Below the pieces are notes generated by a model, which was not told where the DNA came from, searched no databases, and was given only the letters and a program-made list of their open reading frames with translations. Both the position numbers and the translations under genes were made by a program. Positions 19,256 to 28,185 of a stretch of 64,000 nt of DNA are shown piece after piece. The stretch's first letter is position 1. Each line of letters opens with the position of its first letter. Origin of the DNA: Candidatus Omnitrophota bacterium (GTDB lineage Bacteria; Omnitrophota; Gorgyraeia; Zapsychrales; Zapsychraceae); NCBI GenBank assembly GCA_016212005.1, contig JACRHP010000043.1:99-64098 (forward strand), read 5' to 3'.

Positions 19256-20029
19256 ATGCTTTATCTGGTCATCGGTATCGTTTCTCTGGTCGCCTCCGGG
19301 CTGACATTGTTTTCCGGTTTTGGCTTGGGGACGATCCTGATGCCCGTATTCGCCGTCTTTTTTCCCGTTGAAGCGGCGATCGCGTTGACCGCCCTTGTCC
19401 ATTTTGCCAATAATATCTTCAAGTTGTTTTTCGTCGGACGTCCCGCGGACTGGCCGGTTGTCCTGCGGTTTGGTCTGCCGGCGATCGCCGCGGCCGTGGC
19501 CGGGGCGTATCTGTTGGTGCGCAGCCAGCAGCTGCCGCCGGTTGCTGTTTATGAGCTGATGGGGCGTACCCATGAAATTTTGTGGATCAAGGTTATCGTG
19601 GCGGGGTTGATGGTTGTCTTCGCGTCGCTGGAAGTGGTCTCTGGTTTGCAAAAGGTCCAATTTGAGAAAAAATATCTGCCGTGGGGAGGCCTGTTGAGCG
19701 GGTTCTTCGGCGGGCTCTCGGGGCACCAGGGGGCTTTGCGCAGCGCGTTTTTGATCAAGTGCGGCTTGAGCAAAGAAAGTTTCATCGCCACGGGTGTCGT
19801 GATCGCGTGTTTGATCGACCTGCCGCGCCTGGCGGTCTATTCTGTTTATTTGCGTCAGATGGATTTCAACCGTTATGGCCCGGCCCTGGTCCTCGCCGGG
19901 TTAGCGGCTTTCCTGGGCGTTTACGCGGGGAGCCGTTTGGTCCCCAAGGTGACCGTGCGCACCATACAGAATATCGTCGGCGGGATGCTTTTGGCCATTG
20001 CCGTTTTGCTTGGGACGGGGATCATTTAG
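19256..20029 (+). CDS. TauE/SafE (DUF81) family anion exporter
   Basis: Start at ATG 19256 (MLYLVIGIVSL). Glycine-rich TM repeats (GFGLGTILMP, GFFGGLSGHQGALRS) are typical of the TauE family. Confidence 0.75.
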   Translation: MLYLVIGIVSLVASGLTLFSGFGLGTILMPVFAVFFPVEAAIALTALVHFANNIFKLFFVGRPADWPVVLRFGLPAIAAAVAGAYLLVRSQQLPPVAVYELMGRTHEILWIKVIVAGLMVVFASLEVVSGLQKVQFEKKYLPWGGLLSGFFGGLSGHQGALRSAFLIKCGLSKESFIATGVVIACLIDLPRLAVYSVYLRQMDFNRYGPALVLAGLAAFLGVYAGSRLVPKVTVRTIQNIVGGMLLAIAVLLGTGII

Positions 20030-20447
20030 CCGCGCGGATCATGAGGATGGGGATGTTGGTGCGGTGGCGGATATTCTCGGCCACACTCCCCAGGATGAAG
20101 TCCTGCAGTAAACGGTGGCCATGGGTCGACATGGCGATCAAATCCACCCCTTCAGCGTCGGCGATGGTCAATATCTGGTCGGGCGGCTCGCCGGCGAGCA
20201 AATGTGTTTTGACCTTTAATCCTTCCTTCGTCAATTCTTCCCGGCACCGTTGCAGATAGGCCCGGTCTTTCTTGATCTCCTCGGATTCTTCCAGATTGAG
20301 CTGGTCCTGAAACCTGGCCGCGAACCCGTCGGCGACGTGGACGAGGACCAATTCCGCGTGCAACTGTTTGGCCAACGGCCGGATGTGATCGAGGATCACT
20401 TTGTCCGACGGTGAATTTTCGAGCGGGATAAGGATATGGCGGTACAT
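20022..20447 (-). CDS. Universal stress protein (UspA family)
   Basis: MYRHILIPLENSPSD..., IAMSTHGH and GSVAENIRHRTNIPILMI match the Usp fold signature. Confidence 0.8.
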   Translation of the reverse strand: MYRHILIPLENSPSDKVILDHIRPLAKQLHAELVLVHVADGFAARFQDQLNLEESEEIKKDRAYLQRCREELTKEGLKVKTHLLAGEPPDQILTIADAEGVDLIAMSTHGHRLLQDFILGSVAENIRHRTNIPILMIRAAK

Positions 20448-20457
20448 AGTCCTCCTT

Positions 20458-21816
20458 TTAGCTTAACCAGGATCGCAGGGTTTGTAAGAGTAAATAAAGA
20501 TTTAAGCTGACGATGACGGCGGTAACGGTCCAGGCGAGCGTATTCAGCCACCGCGCGTTGGCAAAACGGCCCATTTTCTTGGCATCACTGGTGAAGATAA
20601 CCAGAGGAACAATGGCAAAACTCAATTGCAAGGAAAGGATGACCTGGCTCAAGATCAAGAGGTCCCCGGCGCCTTTCGCGCCGTAAAGGGAAGCCACGAT
20701 GACGGCGGGGACGATGGCGACCAGCCGTGTCATGAGCCGGCGCATCCACGGCCGCAGGCGGATCTCCAGGAACCCTTCCATCACGATCTGCCCGGCGAGT
20801 GTTCCGGTCAAAGTCGAATTTTGTCCCGAAGCAAGAAGGGCCACGGCGAACAGAACGCCGGCCAGGGGGGCCCCTAACAACGGTGTTAAAAGTTGGTAAG
20901 CGTCGTTGATATCGGCAACATTCTCATGGGCTGTCCCGTGAAAGACCGCGGCGCTCAAGATCAAAATGGCGGCGTTGATAAAAAAAGCGCACAAGAGCGC
21001 CCCTGTCGAATCGATAGTGGCGTAGCGGATGGCCATGGCCTTGCCTTTGTCGTTACGTTCAAAGGCCCGGGTCTGGACGATGCTCGAATGCAGATACAGG
21101 TTGTGCGGCATGACCGTCGCGCCCAGGATCCCGATGGCGATGTAGAGCATCCCCGGATTTGTAACGATTTCAGGTTTCGGCACGAGACCCGCGACAATCA
21201 GGCCCATGGAAGGGTGGGATATGGCCAGTTCATAGGCGAAGCACCCACCGATAATGACGATCAAGCTTGCAACGATGCACTCGAGGATACGGAATCCTTT
21301 GTTTTGCAGAAGAAGGACGATCATGACGTCGGCGGCGGTGATCAGGATCCCGACGACCAGCGGGATTTTAAACAAAAGGTTCAGCGCGATCGCTGAACCG
21401 ATGACCTCCGCCAGGTCGCAGGCCGCGATGGCGATCTCGCAGATGACCCAGAGGAATATGCTGACCGGCCGCGAGTAGTGGTCGCGGCAGGCCTGGGCCA
21501 GGTCGCGGCCCGTGACGATGCCCAGCTTCAATGACAAATACTGCAGCAGGATCGCCATGAAGTTGGAGATAAGGATGACCGTCAGGAGGGTATAGCCGAA
21601 TCTGGCGCCTCCGGCCAGGTCTGTCGCCCAGTTGCCCGGGTCCATGTATCCGACGGCGACCATGAGCCCCGGCCCGGCGAAAGCCAGGAGTTTGCGCAAG
21701 AAGCGCGCGTCCGCCGGCACGTGCACGGAGGAGAAAACCTCCGGCAGGCTGGGCATTTTTGGCTTTTTGCGCCAGGCCGAGGGATGTTCTTCGTGGTGGA
21801 TTGGGTTGTGTCCCAT
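20458..21816 (-). CDS. mntH: Nramp-family divalent metal (Mn2+/Fe2+) transporter
   Basis: [20 protein letters not shown] (DPGN motif) and MPHNLYLHS. Start taken at the Met of MGHNPIHH (21816) within listed ORF 20458-21855. Confidence 0.85.
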   Translation of the reverse strand: MGHNPIHHEEHPSAWRKKPKMPSLPEVFSSVHVPADARFLRKLLAFAGPGLMVAVGYMDPGNWATDLAGGARFGYTLLTVILISNFMAILLQYLSLKLGIVTGRDLAQACRDHYSRPVSIFLWVICEIAIAACDLAEVIGSAIALNLLFKIPLVVGILITAADVMIVLLLQNKGFRILECIVASLIVIIGGCFAYELAISHPSMGLIVAGLVPKPEIVTNPGMLYIAIGILGATVMPHNLYLHSSIVQTRAFERNDKGKAMAIRYATIDSTGALLCAFFINAAILILSAAVFHGTAHENVADINDAYQLLTPLLGAPLAGVLFAVALLASGQNSTLTGTLAGQIVMEGFLEIRLRPWMRRLMTRLVAIVPAVIVASLYGAKGAGDLLILSQVILSLQLSFAIVPLVIFTSDAKKMGRFANARWLNTLAWTVTAVIVSLNLYLLLQTLRSWLS

Positions 21817-21963
21817 AGAAATTATTGTCCCGTTGCTACAGCCTACCACAATCAAGCGTCAGGGCAAGGAGAATTTTATGGTTGAACTCCTTATACCATA
21901 TATATATAATAAATCTTCAATATAAGTACCATTTATAGGAGTTCTTAATAGAAAGGAATAGAA

Positions 21964-22287
21964 ATGGCCGTGATCCATGTAACCGATAGAAATTTTGAAA
22001 CGGAAGTCCTTAAGTCCAACATCCCGGTTTTGGTGGACTTCTGGGCCGAATGGTGCGGGCCGTGCCGCATGATCGCGCCTGTTCTGGAGGAGATCGCCAA
22101 CGAATTGAAAGGCAAGTTGAAGGTGGCGAAAGTCAACGTCGATGAAGCCCAGGAACTGGCCGGACAGTTTAATATCATGTCCATTCCCACTTTACTGGTT
22201 TTCAAAAAAGGCGAGCCCGTCGAACAGATGGTGGGGGCGATGTCCAAGGACCAACTGCTGGCAAAGATTAAACCTCAAATTGTGTAG
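21964..22287 (+). CDS. trxA: Thioredoxin
   Basis: 107 aa with WAEWCGPCRM active site and typical flanks (VLVDFWA..., PTLLVFKKGE). Confidence 0.9.
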   Translation: MAVIHVTDRNFETEVLKSNIPVLVDFWAEWCGPCRMIAPVLEEIANELKGKLKVAKVNVDEAQELAGQFNIMSIPTLLVFKKGEPVEQMVGAMSKDQLLAKIKPQIV

Positions 22288-22350
22288 TCATCAGTCCCCA
22301 GTCCTCAGTCGTCAGATTTGTCTGAAGACTGAAGTTTGATGGCTGACGAC
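22287..22350. repeat. Period-7 tandem-repeat imperfect hairpin (AGTC subfamily)
   Basis: Left arm is tcagtcc ccagtcc tcagtcg tcaga, loop tttg, right arm tctgaag actgaag tttgatg gctgacg. About 22 of 30 arm positions are complementary. It starts at the trxA stop. Confidence 0.6.
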
Positions 22351-22367
22351 TTAAAGGCGTTAATAAC

Positions 22368-22718
22368 ATGTTTATTCAATTCTGCAAATCCAAAATTGCC
22401 CACGCGACGGTGACCGAGGCTGAGCTGCATTACGAGGGCAGCATCACCATCGATGAAGCGCTGCTGAAGGCGGTCGGCCTTATCCCTAGCGAACGGGTCG
22501 AGGTCCTCAATGTTAACAACGGTAACCGTTTTGATACCTACGTCATCGCCGGCAAGGCCGGTTCGGGCGTCATCTGTCTTAACGGCCCGGCGGCCCGCCT
22601 CGGCGTTGTCGGCGACCGCGTGATCATCCTCAGCTACGCCTACATGACGCCGGAAGAAGCCCGAACGGCCCAGACCAAGATCATCCATGTGGACGATAAA
22701 AACAGAATCAAAAAATAG
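22368..22718 (+). CDS. panD: Aspartate 1-decarboxylase
   Basis: KSKIAHATVTEAELHYEGSITID includes the G-S self-processing site. 116 aa. Confidence 0.9.
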   Translation: MFIQFCKSKIAHATVTEAELHYEGSITIDEALLKAVGLIPSERVEVLNVNNGNRFDTYVIAGKAGSGVICLNGPAARLGVVGDRVIILSYAYMTPEEARTAQTKIIHVDDKNRIKK

Positions 22719-22748
22719 CTGTTTTGTCTTGCCCGCGCGATATTGCCT

Positions 22749-23258
22749 ATGACCGGCACCACCCTTGCCATCCGGCTTTACGGAGACCCGTGCCTGCGTA
22801 AAAGATCGGTCCCTGTCGCGCGCGTCGGCGACGGGGAGCTTGCGTTGATCCAGTCCATGCTGGCCGCCATGCGTGAGAACAAAGGGGTCGGACTCGCGGC
22901 CCCCCAGGTCGGCATCAACCGGCAGATTTTTGTGGCTGACGTCGGGACCGGGCCGCTGACGTTTATTAATCCCAGGATCATCCGCCGCCTGGGCGGCGCC
23001 GCGCTCGAAGAGGGGTGCTTGAGCATCCCCGGCGTGACGGTGATGGTCCGGCGTCCGGAGAAGATCGTCGTCCGTTATATGGATGAGCATAACCGGCCGC
23101 AGGAGAAAATTTACGACGACCTTTTGGCCAGGGTGGTCCAGCATGAGATGGACCATCTCGACGGAAGGCTGATCGTCGATTACGCGGGGTTGAAGGAAAA
23201 GATCAAACTGCGCAAGCAGCTTAAAGAGATCGAACGCAAACAGCGAAAGCGGGAATAA
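22749..23258 (+). CDS. def: Peptide deformylase
   Basis: All three PDF motifs are present: GVGLAAPQVG, EGCLSIPG, HEMDHLDG. ATG at 22749, with an alternative TTG at 22743. Confidence 0.9.
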   Translation: MTGTTLAIRLYGDPCLRKRSVPVARVGDGELALIQSMLAAMRENKGVGLAAPQVGINRQIFVADVGTGPLTFINPRIIRRLGGAALEEGCLSIPGVTVMVRRPEKIVVRYMDEHNRPQEKIYDDLLARVVQHEMDHLDGRLIVDYAGLKEKIKLRKQLKEIERKQRKRE

Positions 23259-24175
23259 TGGCGTGTCTCCTCGAGGACAATACCGGTACGGTCGTCGCGC
23301 CGCTGCCCAAGTGGTTCCGTCAGGATATCCCGGACATGGCGAAGATCCGGAAAATGAAGGATTCGTTTCGCCAGGCGGGACTGCACACCGTCTGTGAAAG
23401 CGCCTTGTGTCCGAACCTCGGCCAATGCTGGGGCCGCGGTGTCGCCACATTTATGATCCTGGGTGAGATCTGCACCCGCGCGTGCCGGTTTTGCGGCGTC
23501 AAAACAGGCCGGCCTGCGGGGGTCGATCCGGAGGAACCGCGGCAGGTCGCGCTCGCCGTCCAACAATTAAACCTCCGTTATGTGGTGGTCACCTCGGTCG
23601 CCCGTGATGACTTGGCTGATGAAGGCGCGGGGCAGTTCGTCCAGACGATCCATGCCATTCGTTCCCTGATGCCGCAGACCAGGATCGAGGTTTTGATCCC
23701 GGATTTTTCCAATCAACCGGAGTGTCTTGCGAGGTTGACTGCCGCCCGCCCGGATGTTATCAGCCATAACATGGAAACCGTGCGCCGCTTGTCTCCCGAT
23801 GTCCGTCCGCAAGCGGATTATGAGCGATCGCTGGCGGTTCTGAGGAACCTCAAGAAACTCGCTTCGTCGGCTTTTATCAAATCAGGTTTTATGGTCGGCT
23901 TGGGCGAGACCGATGCGGAAGTCACCGAATTGATGAGCGATCTGGTCGCCGCCGGCTGCGACATGCTCACTATCGGACAGTACCTCGCGCCGGGCCGAAA
24001 AAAACGGTATCTGCGCGTCCAGCGCTTTGTCTCCCCGGAGAAGTTCGCCGATTACAAAACCATCGGCCGGGAACTGGGGCTCAAACACGTCATGAGCGGC
24101 CCCTTGGTGCGCAGTTCTTACATCGCGGAAGAAGGCTACCGCGAGTGTTTTGAGAAAACAGTGAATGGTGAATAG
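23258..24175 (+). CDS. lipA: Lipoyl synthase
   Basis: N-terminal cluster CPNLGQCW and radical SAM CTRACRFCGV. The ATG overlaps the def stop (TAATG). Confidence 0.9.
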   Translation: MACLLEDNTGTVVAPLPKWFRQDIPDMAKIRKMKDSFRQAGLHTVCESALCPNLGQCWGRGVATFMILGEICTRACRFCGVKTGRPAGVDPEEPRQVALAVQQLNLRYVVVTSVARDDLADEGAGQFVQTIHAIRSLMPQTRIEVLIPDFSNQPECLARLTAARPDVISHNMETVRRLSPDVRPQADYERSLAVLRNLKKLASSAFIKSGFMVGLGETDAEVTELMSDLVAAGCDMLTIGQYLAPGRKKRYLRVQRFVSPEKFADYKTIGRELGLKHVMSGPLVRSSYIAEEGYRECFEKTVNGE

Positions 24176-24235
24176 TTAATGGTAAATGGTAAGTAGCTAC
24201 GAAGACTATTTACTATTAACCATGTGCCATTAACC
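24161..24235. repeat. Period-7 tandem-repeat imperfect hairpin (GTNAATG subfamily)
   Basis: Left arm is gtgaatg gtgaata gttaatg gtaaatg gtaagta. Right arm is ctattta ctattaa ccatgtg ccattaa. About 21 of 30 positions are complementary. It spans the lipA stop and the start region of the next gene. Confidence 0.6.
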
Positions 24236-24241
24236 AAGATT

Positions 24242-25240
24242 ATGATTTCCAATGCGGCTATAAAAAATGTGCTTTCGTTTTTTTTGCGTGTCGGCTTAAG
24301 CGGCGCGCTTTTGTGGTATCTTTTTTCGAAAATCGATTTTCAGAAGACGGTAGATATCCTGCGCACGGCGCGGCCGGACTTTTTGGTTTACGCGGGGGTT
24401 TCTTTCCTGGCCATTAACGGGATTCTTCTCTGGCGTTGGGGTATCTTTATCAAAGCGCTGGAGGTTTCCTCGTCCTGGCGCGATGTCGTGCGGTATTATT
24501 TTGCCGGGCTGTTCGGCAATCTTTTTCTACCCAGTTCTATCGGTGGCGATTTTATCAAAATTTACGGCCTGTGCCGTCATAGTTCCCAGAAGACGCGGGT
24601 CGTTGCTTCGGTCCTGCTGGATCGTTTGAGCGGGTTCGCGGGGATCACGCTGGTTTCGGTGCTGGCTTTTATCCTGGGATATAGATTCCTCCAGGAGGGC
24701 GTTGTTGTGGTCCCGATCATCGGGATGGCTGTTCTGGCCGGCGGGGTTGCCTGCGTTTTATTTAATGAAAAGCTTTACAGCTTTTGTTGCGGTATTTTTG
24801 CCAAATTGCCGAAAGTTCAAAAAGCCTTGATGGGCCTTCATTATGATATCGCTCTAATGAAAGGCAAACGCCGCGAGGGTTTTAGCGCGATCGCCGTTTC
24901 TTGTTTTTCGCAGGTCGTTTATGCCGTGTGCTGGTACCTGGTCGCGCGGGCGCTTTCCCAGGACGCTGGCCTGATCTATTTTCTTATTTTTGTCCCCTTG
25001 ACCTGCATCGCGGCCTCGTTCCCGTCGATCGGCGGACTTGGCGTGCGGGAGATCGGCACCGTGTATCTCTTTGGCAAGATCGGCATGGATCCGGGGGTCG
25101 CCGCGAGCATTTCACTTGTTAATTTTTTGTTCATGGTCATTGTTGGATTGATCGGCGGGGTTGTTTATGTCCTTACACTATCTCCTGGACGGGTACAATA
25201 TCATCCATCAGATGCCCGTGTCCGCCCGGAGCAAACTTGA
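24242..25240 (+). CDS. Flippase-like / lysylphosphatidylglycerol synthase TM region family (UPF0104) membrane protein
   Basis: Polytopic. The N-terminus VGLSGALLWYLFSKIDF and FAGLFGNLFLPSSIGGDFIKIY are typical of UPF0104. ATG at 24242, with an alternative GTG at 24224. Confidence 0.65.
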   Translation: MISNAAIKNVLSFFLRVGLSGALLWYLFSKIDFQKTVDILRTARPDFLVYAGVSFLAINGILLWRWGIFIKALEVSSSWRDVVRYYFAGLFGNLFLPSSIGGDFIKIYGLCRHSSQKTRVVASVLLDRLSGFAGITLVSVLAFILGYRFLQEGVVVVPIIGMAVLAGGVACVLFNEKLYSFCCGIFAKLPKVQKALMGLHYDIALMKGKRREGFSAIAVSCFSQVVYAVCWYLVARALSQDAGLIYFLIFVPLTCIAASFPSIGGLGVREIGTVYLFGKIGMDPGVAASISLVNFLFMVIVGLIGGVVYVLTLSPGRVQYHPSDARVRPEQT

Positions 25241-25676
25241 GGACCAGCGCCGGCAGTTGGTCCAGTGGATCGAATCGTGCCGCCCGCAGGGGAGCCCGCG
25301 CAACGCGGTGACGGTTGTCTTTGACGGCAGGTTGGACGTCTGGAGCGCCGCCGCAGGGACGTCATCGGTCCGGATCGTCTTCGCGCAAGGAGAAAGCGCC
25401 GACGATAAAATTGTCCGGACAGTCGAAGAGGCCGCGCACCGCAAGAACGTCGTGGTCGTTACCGATGACCGGGCGCTTCAACGCGGCGTGCGGGCACTGG
25501 GGGCCAAAGTCAGCAGCGTCGCGGATTTTGCGGGCAAGGGAAGGCCGGCGCGGGAAAGCTCCGGCGGGCAGCCGCGCAAGCCCGAAGCGGGGAAAAATAT
25601 TTCAAAGACGCTGGAATACAAGATCACCTCGGAACTGGCCAAGGTCTGGCTGGATAAAGAAAAAAGAGGAAAATGA
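25167..25676 (+). CDS. NYN-domain (YacP-like) predicted RNA-binding nuclease
   Basis: HYLLDGYNIIHQ at the N-terminus, VVFDG and VVVVTDD acidic motifs. It overlaps the upstream gene by about 74 nt. Confidence 0.65.
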   Translation: MSLHYLLDGYNIIHQMPVSARSKLEDQRRQLVQWIESCRPQGSPRNAVTVVFDGRLDVWSAAAGTSSVRIVFAQGESADDKIVRTVEEAAHRKNVVVVTDDRALQRGVRALGAKVSSVADFAGKGRPARESSGGQPRKPEAGKNISKTLEYKITSELAKVWLDKEKRGK

Positions 25677-26446
25677 TAAAAGCGGTGGTTGATGCGGGGT
25701 TTGGCTACACCATGTGGATGGGCAGGGCGCTCTGTTTTCTGGGGGAGGTCGCGGGGCATGTTTTCCGCGGACGCATCCGCTGGCCGCAAGTCTTCCAGCA
25801 GACCTATGAGCAGGGGGTCCAGTCGATATCGATCATCATTTTGACGGCGTTCGCCTCCGGCGCCGTCCTGGCCCTGCAAGGGTACGTGGCGATGGCGCGT
25901 TTCGGCGCCAAGGAATACATCTCCCATCTCGTCGGGCTTTCGCTGGTGCGCGAGCTCGGGCCGGTTTTCACCGCGCTTATTTTCTCCGGGAAGGCCGGTG
26001 CGCGCATCACCGCCGAGCTCGGGACCATGAACGTCAACGACCAGGTCCTGGCGACCCGCACGATGGGGGTTGACCCGGTCGAATATTTGATCGTCCCGCG
26101 GATGGTGGCCTGTTTTTTCGCTTTGCCCATCCTTGTCCTTGTCGCGGAACTGGTCGGCATCGCGGGCGGATATTTTGTCGGCGTGCTGGAGGCCGGCATC
26201 CCGGGCCCGTTTTATATCAGCCAGACCATCAAGGCCATCCAGTACGTGGATTTTTTCGCCGGGTTTATTAAAGTGTTCTTTTTTGCTATCATTATCGGCT
26301 GGACCTGCTGTTACCAGGGCTATTCGACCAGCGGCGGCTCGATGGGGGTCGGCAAATTCACGACCAGGGCCGTCGCTTTCTCGTATATTTTTGTCATTTT
26401 GTCCAATACCATGCTAACCAAGATTATACTGACGCTGTGGGGGTAA
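25673..26446 (+). CDS. mlaE: MlaE-family ABC transporter permease
   Basis: 257 aa. SLVRELGPVFTALIFSGKAGARITAELGTM is the MlaE signature region. It is followed by MlaF-like and MlaD-like genes. Confidence 0.8.
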   Translation: MIKAVVDAGFGYTMWMGRALCFLGEVAGHVFRGRIRWPQVFQQTYEQGVQSISIIILTAFASGAVLALQGYVAMARFGAKEYISHLVGLSLVRELGPVFTALIFSGKAGARITAELGTMNVNDQVLATRTMGVDPVEYLIVPRMVACFFALPILVLVAELVGIAGGYFVGVLEAGIPGPFYISQTIKAIQYVDFFAGFIKVFFFAIIIGWTCCYQGYSTSGGSMGVGKFTTRAVAFSYIFVILSNTMLTKIILTLWG

Positions 26447-26447
26447 A

Positions 26448-26783
26448 ATGAGAGTCATCAGTCTTCAATCTTTAGTCTTTAGCCTGGTGTTTCTGACGGG
26501 ATGTACCACCACTACAGGCAACGTCGGCAATGTCCAGGGGTACGTGTTCCCGGCGGTGGAGACTAAATGGATCCGTGACGGCGAGCCCATTGAATTTGAG
26601 GGGGAATCGTGGTACCCGGCCGACGGCACCGAGGCATTGCTTGATTCCGAAGTTTATTATCTTGGTGAATATAATGGTGTAAAATTTTTCGTTGATAAAC
26701 TGGACGTGCGGCCGTATGAACGCCTTTATACCAAGTTCGGGAAAAACGAATTCCGGTATTTTAAAAGGAGAAAATCGCCTTGA
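26448..26783 (+). CDS. Lipoprotein, unknown function
   Basis: Lipobox FLTGC after a hydrophobic stretch. It lies between mlaE and mlaF with 1-4 nt junctions. The signal peptide is encoded by a heptad repeat (26455-26486). Confidence 0.45.
   Translation: MRVISLQSLVFSLVFLTGCTTTTGNVGNVQGYVFPAVETKWIRDGEPIEFEGESWYPADGTEALLDSEVYYLGEYNGVKFFVDKLDVRPYERLYTKFGKNEFRYFKRRKSP
26455..26486. repeat. Period-7 tandem repeat (AGTC subfamily), inside the 5' codons of a lipoprotein gene
   Basis: tcatcag tcttcaa tctttag tctttag cctg. It shares gtcatcagtc with the 22287 repeat and tctttagtctttag with the 34868 repeat. Confidence 0.55.
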
Positions 26784-27496
26784 TCCGGGTAGAGCATCTT
26801 TATAAATCCTTTCAGGGGCAGAAAGTGCTGGAGGATATCAACCTTGAGGTCAAGAAAGGCGAGCTTTTGGTTGTCCTGGGAGAAAGCGGGACCGGCAAAA
26901 GTGTCCTCTTAAAACACCTGGCGGGGCTCCTGAAGCCCGACCGCGGCAGCGTCCGGATCGACGGGAAAGATATTACCGGGATGCCCGAACGGGAGCTTTT
27001 GAGGGTCCGCAAAGATATCGGGTACCTTTTCCAGGAAGGCGCCTTGTATGATTTTATGAACGTTTTTGAGAACATCGCCTTCCCCTTAAGGGAGCACACG
27101 GCGCTCGACGGCAAAGCTATCCGCGGCAAGGTCCAGGACATTTTAAAACTTATCGGGTTGCAGGGTATTGAGGAAAAATATCCGGCGGAGTTAAGCGGCG
27201 GCATGAAAAAACGCGTGGCGCTGGCCAGGGCGGTCATCCTGGGCTCGAAGATATTGTTTTGCGACGAGCCTACATCGGGGCTGGACCCCTTGCGCAGCCG
27301 GGATATCTCGGAATTGATCCGCGGGGTGGCCGGGAAACTTCACTGCACGACAGTCGTGACGTCTCATGATATTTCCAATTCGTTCCGGATCGCCGACCGG
27401 ATCGCGTTGTTGCAGGACGGCAGGGTCGTGGCCATCGGCACGCCGTCAGAGATCAGAGCTTCCCGCAACGTCTTTGTCCAGGAGTTTATCGCGTGA
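26780..27496 (+). CDS. mlaF: MlaF-family ABC transporter ATP-binding protein
   Basis: Walker A GESGTGKSVLLK, signature LSGGMKKRVALARA, Walker B ILFCDEPTSGLD. TTG start at 26780 overlaps the upstream stop. Confidence 0.8.
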   Translation: MIRVEHLYKSFQGQKVLEDINLEVKKGELLVVLGESGTGKSVLLKHLAGLLKPDRGSVRIDGKDITGMPERELLRVRKDIGYLFQEGALYDFMNVFENIAFPLREHTALDGKAIRGKVQDILKLIGLQGIEEKYPAELSGGMKKRVALARAVILGSKILFCDEPTSGLDPLRSRDISELIRGVAGKLHCTTVVTSHDISNSFRIADRIALLQDGRVVAIGTPSEIRASRNVFVQEFIA

Positions 27497-28167
27497 TGAA
27501 GAAAAAAGAATTGACTAAAGAATTGTTGGCCGGTCTGTTCTTTTTCGCGGGCGTGTTTTTGCTCTTGATGTTCGTGCTTGTCCTGGGCCGTGACAAGGGT
27601 CTGGCTCAATCAAGGTTTCAAGTGTCCGTCTTGTATAAAAACGTCGGGGGGCTGTTGGAAGGCGCGCCGGTACGCCTGGCCGGGGTCAACGTGGGGACCG
27701 TGGACAATATCAGTTTCCTTAATCACGACGTCGCCGGCCGCCGGGTGAAAGTCACGTTGAATATCTTAAGCAAATACCGGCAACAGCTGGAAAAGAATTT
27801 ATCCTTCACCATCAAGACGGAAGGCATCCTTGGGGAGAAACTGATCGAGATCGACGTCCTTGCGGAAGAGCCCGCGGCCGATCTGACGAAGCCGGTGATG
27901 GGGGAGGATTCGCTGGACGTGCAGGACCTGGCGGAGGTCTTTGCCGAGGCGGCCAAATCGTTCACGGCGACGACCAACCAGTTGAGCCAGATCGACCTCG
28001 TCAGCCTCAGCAAAGTCATGGAGGACAGTTCGGAGTCTTTGCTGGTCACTTCGCGGCGCATCAACGAGATCATGGACGACCTTCAGGAAATCGCGAAAAA
28101 GTCCAAGCGGCTGTTGAACCGCATCGAGCAGAAGACCATCGAAGGGAACTTGTTCAAGGTTTTTTAG
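27493..28167 (+). CDS. mlaD: MlaD/MCE-domain protein
   Basis: N-terminal TM followed by an MCE domain (GLLEGAPVRLAGVNVGTVDNI). The start overlaps the mlaF stop. Confidence 0.7.
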   Translation: MMKKKELTKELLAGLFFFAGVFLLLMFVLVLGRDKGLAQSRFQVSVLYKNVGGLLEGAPVRLAGVNVGTVDNISFLNHDVAGRRVKVTLNILSKYRQQLEKNLSFTIKTEGILGEKLIEIDVLAEEPAADLTKPVMGEDSLDVQDLAEVFAEAAKSFTATTNQLSQIDLVSLSKVMEDSSESLLVTSRRINEIMDDLQEIAKKSKRLLNRIEQKTIEGNLFKVF

Positions 28168-28185
28168 CCAACGGGCGCACCTCTT

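Noticed and set aside
19681-20259. 192-aa + strand ORF spanning the tauE 3' end and the usp gene
   Set aside because: It is out of frame with tauE and antisense to the Usp gene. The sequence is Arg/Pro/Gly-rich and matches no known family.
21817-21963. Possible Mn2+ (yybP-ykoY) riboswitch or MntR box in the mntH 5' region
   Set aside because: Reading the reverse complement, I found only a short AAGGAG...CTCCTT stem. The conserved riboswitch core and four-helix layout are absent, and no convincing MntR-type palindrome is present. An Infernal scan would be needed to exclude it formally.
22305-23450. 381-aa ORF on the minus strand
   Set aside because: It runs antisense to three strongly supported genes (panD, def, lipA). 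Its translation is R/G/P/D-rich, with no recognisable motifs. This is typical of stop-poor antisense frames in GC-rich DNA.
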